This document shows positions 61,071 through 64,000 of a stretch of DNA of 64,000 bases, one piece after another. The position numbers were made by a program, and so were the translations under genes. Position 1 is the stretch's first letter. The number at the start of each line of letters is the position of its first letter. The notes under the pieces were generated by a model, which was given only the letters and a program-made list of their open reading frames with translations, was not told the origin of the DNA and searched no databases. The stretch is taken from positions 10,620 through 74,619 of the forward strand of contig CAYQBE010000004.1 in NCBI GenBank assembly GCA_964415625.1. Direction: 5' to 3'. Origin of the DNA: an uncultured Clostridium sp. GTDB taxonomy: Bacteria > Bacillota > Clostridia > Lachnospirales > Lachnospiraceae.

Positions 61071-62813
61071 ATGGCAAGGCCGGTCGGCATAGGATATCAG
61101 GATTTTGAAAAGGTTATTACGAATAACAATTTTTATGTGGATAAAACTATGTTCATCAAAGAATGGTGGGAGAACCAGGACGATGTGACGTTGATCACGC
61201 GTCCCCGCTGTTTCGGAAAGACGCTGACGATGGACATGCTCGAGAAATTTTTTTCAGTAAGGTACGCGGACAGAGGGGAACTGTTTGAGGGCCTTGCGAT
61301 CTGGCAGGAGGAAACATACCGCAGGCTCCAGGGAACATACCCGGTGATCAGCCTGTCGTTTGCAAATGTAAAATTGAGGGATTACAGGTCTTCTGTCCAG
61401 CGTATCGGTCAGGTGTTAGAAGAGCTTTACCGCAGATATTCGTTTTTGCTGGAGGGGGATCTGCTGTCAGAGGAGGAAAAGGCGGACTACCGCAAGGTTA
61501 CAATGGATATGCCGGAAGTAACCGCCGGGATGGCCGTGCACAGGCTGGCGGAGTACCTGTACCGTTATTATGGGAAAAAGGTAATCATTCTGTTGGATGA
61601 GTATGATACGCCGATGCAGGAAGCCTATGCAAATGGATATTGGGAAGAAATGGTGGGATTCATCAGAGATTTATTTAACGCGACATTTAAGACGAATCCT
61701 TATCTGGAACGCGCGGTCATGACGGGGATCACCAGGGTAAGTAAAGAATCTATTTTTTCAGACTTAAATAACCTGGCAGTGGTGACGGTTACTTCGGAAA
61801 AATACCAGGACTGCTTTGGGTTTACGCAGGAAGAAGTATCAAAGGCGTTAGAGGAATATGGGCTGCAGGAAGAGGAGGAAAATGTAAGGGACTGGTATGA
61901 CGGATTTATATTTGGCAGCAGGACAGACATCTATAATCCGTGGTCTATTATTAATTTTTTAGGTGAACGCAGGTTTGGCACATACTGGTCGAATACCAGC
62001 AGCAACAGCCTGGTGGGCAAGCTGATCCGGGAGGGAAGCCCGGACGTGAAGCTGATCATGGAAGATCTGCTCAAGGGAGGGAAGCTCCATACATCTATGG
62101 ATGAGCAGATCGTGTTCAGCCAGCTTGAAAGCAGGGACAGCGCAGTCTGGAGTCTGCTGCTGGCAAGCGGATACCTGCGGGTAGAGCGGTTCATACCTAA
62201 TGAGAGAAGAGGGAAGCCGGGATATGACCTTGTGCTGACGAATCAGGAAGTGCGTATCATGTTCGAACGGATAATAGAGGAATGGTTTTCCGATGCCACT
62301 CCGGCGTACAATGACTTTATTCGTGCATTGCTGCGCGCGGATATCAGGAGCATGAACGCATATATGAACAAGGTGGCGCTGGATACGATCAGCTATTTTG
62401 ACACAGGAAAGAAGCCTTCCGAAGCCATAGAACCGGAAAAGTTGCCCACAGGGAAAGCGACCACTAAGAGTTTGGAAGAACCAAACTCAAGTGCCTGCTT
62501 TTATCACGGTTTCGTCCTTGGCCTGATCGTAGACCTGGCAGACCGATACACGGTCACATCGAACCGGGAAAGCGGCTTCGGACGATATGACGTGATGTTG
62601 GAGCCATGCCATGAGGAAGATGATGCGATTATCCTGGAATTTAAAGTACACGACCCGGAAGACGAAGAGACCCTGGCGGATACGGTAAGCTCAGCATTGG
62701 CGCAGATTGAAGAGATGCAATACGCGGCGGCTTTGGAAGCAAAAGGGATCGCGCCGGAGCGGATCAGGAAGTACGGGTTTGCGTTTGAAGGGAAGAAGGT
62801 TTTGATTGGATGA
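61071..62813 (+). CDS. AAA-ATPase-like + C-terminal PD-(D/E)XK nuclease protein, copy 1
   Basis: [44 protein letters not shown]...QY. Confidence 0.9.
   Translation: MARPVGIGYQDFEKVITNNNFYVDKTMFIKEWWENQDDVTLITRPRCFGKTLTMDMLEKFFSVRYADRGELFEGLAIWQEETYRRLQGTYPVISLSFANVKLRDYRSSVQRIGQVLEELYRRYSFLLEGDLLSEEEKADYRKVTMDMPEVTAGMAVHRLAEYLYRYYGKKVIILLDEYDTPMQEAYANGYWEEMVGFIRDLFNATFKTNPYLERAVMTGITRVSKESIFSDLNNLAVVTVTSEKYQDCFGFTQEEVSKALEEYGLQEEEENVRDWYDGFIFGSRTDIYNPWSIINFLGERRFGTYWSNTSSNSLVGKLIREGSPDVKLIMEDLLKGGKLHTSMDEQIVFSQLESRDSAVWSLLLASGYLRVERFIPNERRGKPGYDLVLTNQEVRIMFERIIEEWFSDATPAYNDFIRALLRADIRSMNAYMNKVALDTISYFDTGKKPSEAIEPEKLPTGKATTKSLEEPNSSACFYHGFVLGLIVDLADRYTVTSNRESGFGRYDVMLEPCHEEDDAIILEFKVHDPEDEETLADTVSSALAQIEEMQYAAALEAKGIAPERIRKYGFAFEGKKVLIG
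62442..62498. repeat. 57-bp in-frame palindromic insertion in AAA copy 1
   Basis: 19 extra residues between PEK and FYHG; hairpin GAGTTTGG-AAGAA-CCAAACTC; TT at both junctions. Confidence 0.65.
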
Positions 62814-62852
62814 ACTGTAGTCAGCAGTGGGATTTGAAAGGAGCGTAATCAT

Positions 62853-64000
62853 ATGGCAAGGCCGGTCGGTATCGGAAAACAGGATTTTGAAAAGGTCATT
62901 ACAGAAAATAATTTTTATGTGGATAAAACCATGTTTATCAAAGAGTGGTGGGAAAACCAGGACGATGTGACGCTGATCACGCGTCCCCGCCGTTTTGGAA
63001 AGACGCTGACGATGGATATGCTGGAGAAGTTCTTCTCAGTAAGGTATGCGGACAGAGGGGAACTGTTTGAGGGTCTTGCGATCTGGCAGGAGGAAACATA
63101 CCGCAGGCTTCAGGGAACATACCCGGTGATCAGCCTGTCGTTTGCAAATGTAAAATTGAGGGATTACAAATCTTCTGTCCAGCGTATCGGCCAGGTGTTG
63201 GAAGAGCTTTACCGGAGGAATTCGTTTTTGCTGGAGGGGGATCTGCTGTCAAAGGAGGAAAAGGCGGACTACCGCAAGGTTACCATGGATATGCCGGAAG
63301 TAACCGCCGGGATGGCAGTGCACAGGCTGGCGGAGTACCTGTACCGTTATTATGGAAAAAAGGTAATCATCCTGTTGGATGAATATGACACGCCGATGCA
63401 GGAAGCCTATGCAAATGGATATTGGGAAGAAATGGTGGAATTCATCAGAGACTTCTTTAACGCGACATTCAAGACGAATCCTTATCTGGAACGAGCGGTC
63501 ATGACGGGGATTACCAGGGTGAGCAAGGAATCCATTTTCTCAGATCTGAATAATTTGGAAGTGGTAACGGTTACTTCAGAAAAATATCAGGATTGCTTTG
63601 GGCTTACACAGGAGGAAGTATCAAAGGCGTTAGAGGAATATGGGCTTCAGGAAGAGGAGGGGAATGTAAGGGACTGGTATGATGGATTTACGTTTGGCAG
63701 CAGGACAGATATCTATAATCCATGGTCGATTATTAATTATTTAAGTAAGAAGGTATTTGCCACATACTGGTCGAATACCAGCAGCAACAGCCTGGTGGGG
63801 AAGTTGATTCGGGAAGGAAGCCGGGATGTGAAGCTGATTATGGAAGATCTGTTGGACGGCAGACACCTTTGTGCGGAGATTGATGAGCAGATTGTATTCA
63901 GCAATCTGGATGAGGACGAGAATGCCATTTGGAGCCTGCTCCTTGCGAGCGGTTATCTGAAAGTGGAAAAACATACAATAGATGTGGAGTGGGGGATTGA
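62853..64000 (+). CDS. AAA-ATPase-like PD-(D/E)XK protein, copy 2 (runs off the window)
   Basis: Highly similar to 61071 including the RBS TTTGAAAGGAGCGTAATC; canonical RPRRFGKT; open to the window end. Confidence 0.9.
   Translation, partial: MARPVGIGKQDFEKVITENNFYVDKTMFIKEWWENQDDVTLITRPRRFGKTLTMDMLEKFFSVRYADRGELFEGLAIWQEETYRRLQGTYPVISLSFANVKLRDYKSSVQRIGQVLEELYRRNSFLLEGDLLSKEEKADYRKVTMDMPEVTAGMAVHRLAEYLYRYYGKKVIILLDEYDTPMQEAYANGYWEEMVEFIRDFFNATFKTNPYLERAVMTGITRVSKESIFSDLNNLEVVTVTSEKYQDCFGLTQEEVSKALEEYGLQEEEGNVRDWYDGFTFGSRTDIYNPWSIINYLSKKVFATYWSNTSSNSLVGKLIREGSRDVKLIMEDLLDGRHLCAEIDEQIVFSNLDEDENAIWSLLLASGYLKVEKHTIDVEWGI

Noticed and set aside
66-63974. The many short minus-strand and alternate-frame ORFs in the track
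   Set aside because: They overlap well-supported + strand genes and lack RBS or motifs

Overview
Chromosomal window from a Clostridia-type gut bacterium (Lachnospiraceae-like, inferred from gene families and strong GGAGG RBS use). Essentially all real genes lie on the + strand. About 55 kb is one large surface-glycan biosynthesis/modification island. It carries tarI/ispD-like, ugd, a TagD-like cytidylyltransferase-oxidoreductase fusion, LicD, TagF-like, GT2/GT4/GT8/GT32 transferases, manC-manA-gmd-rmd (GDP-D-rhamnose), three radical SAM enzymes, methyltransferases, an FkbH-ACP-MaoC-SDR-transketolase cassette, a VioA-like aminotransferase, WbqC and a TupA-like ATP-grasp. Embedded in it is a small family of secreted proteins that share one unnamed domain. 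The distal part of the island is decaying: IS200, IS21-type and IS66 remnants, a reciprocally deleted duplication and frameshifted genes. After it comes a three-gene cassette with a canonical promoter: a 59-aa peptide, a terminator, a 1149-aa HEXXH protein and an FRG-domain protein. This is the best candidate for an undescribed system. The window ends in tandem AAA-ATPase/PD-(D/E)XK genes, the first with an in-frame palindromic insertion. No rRNA, tRNA or CRISPR array was seen. All calls rest on motif reading by eye; no database searches were run.
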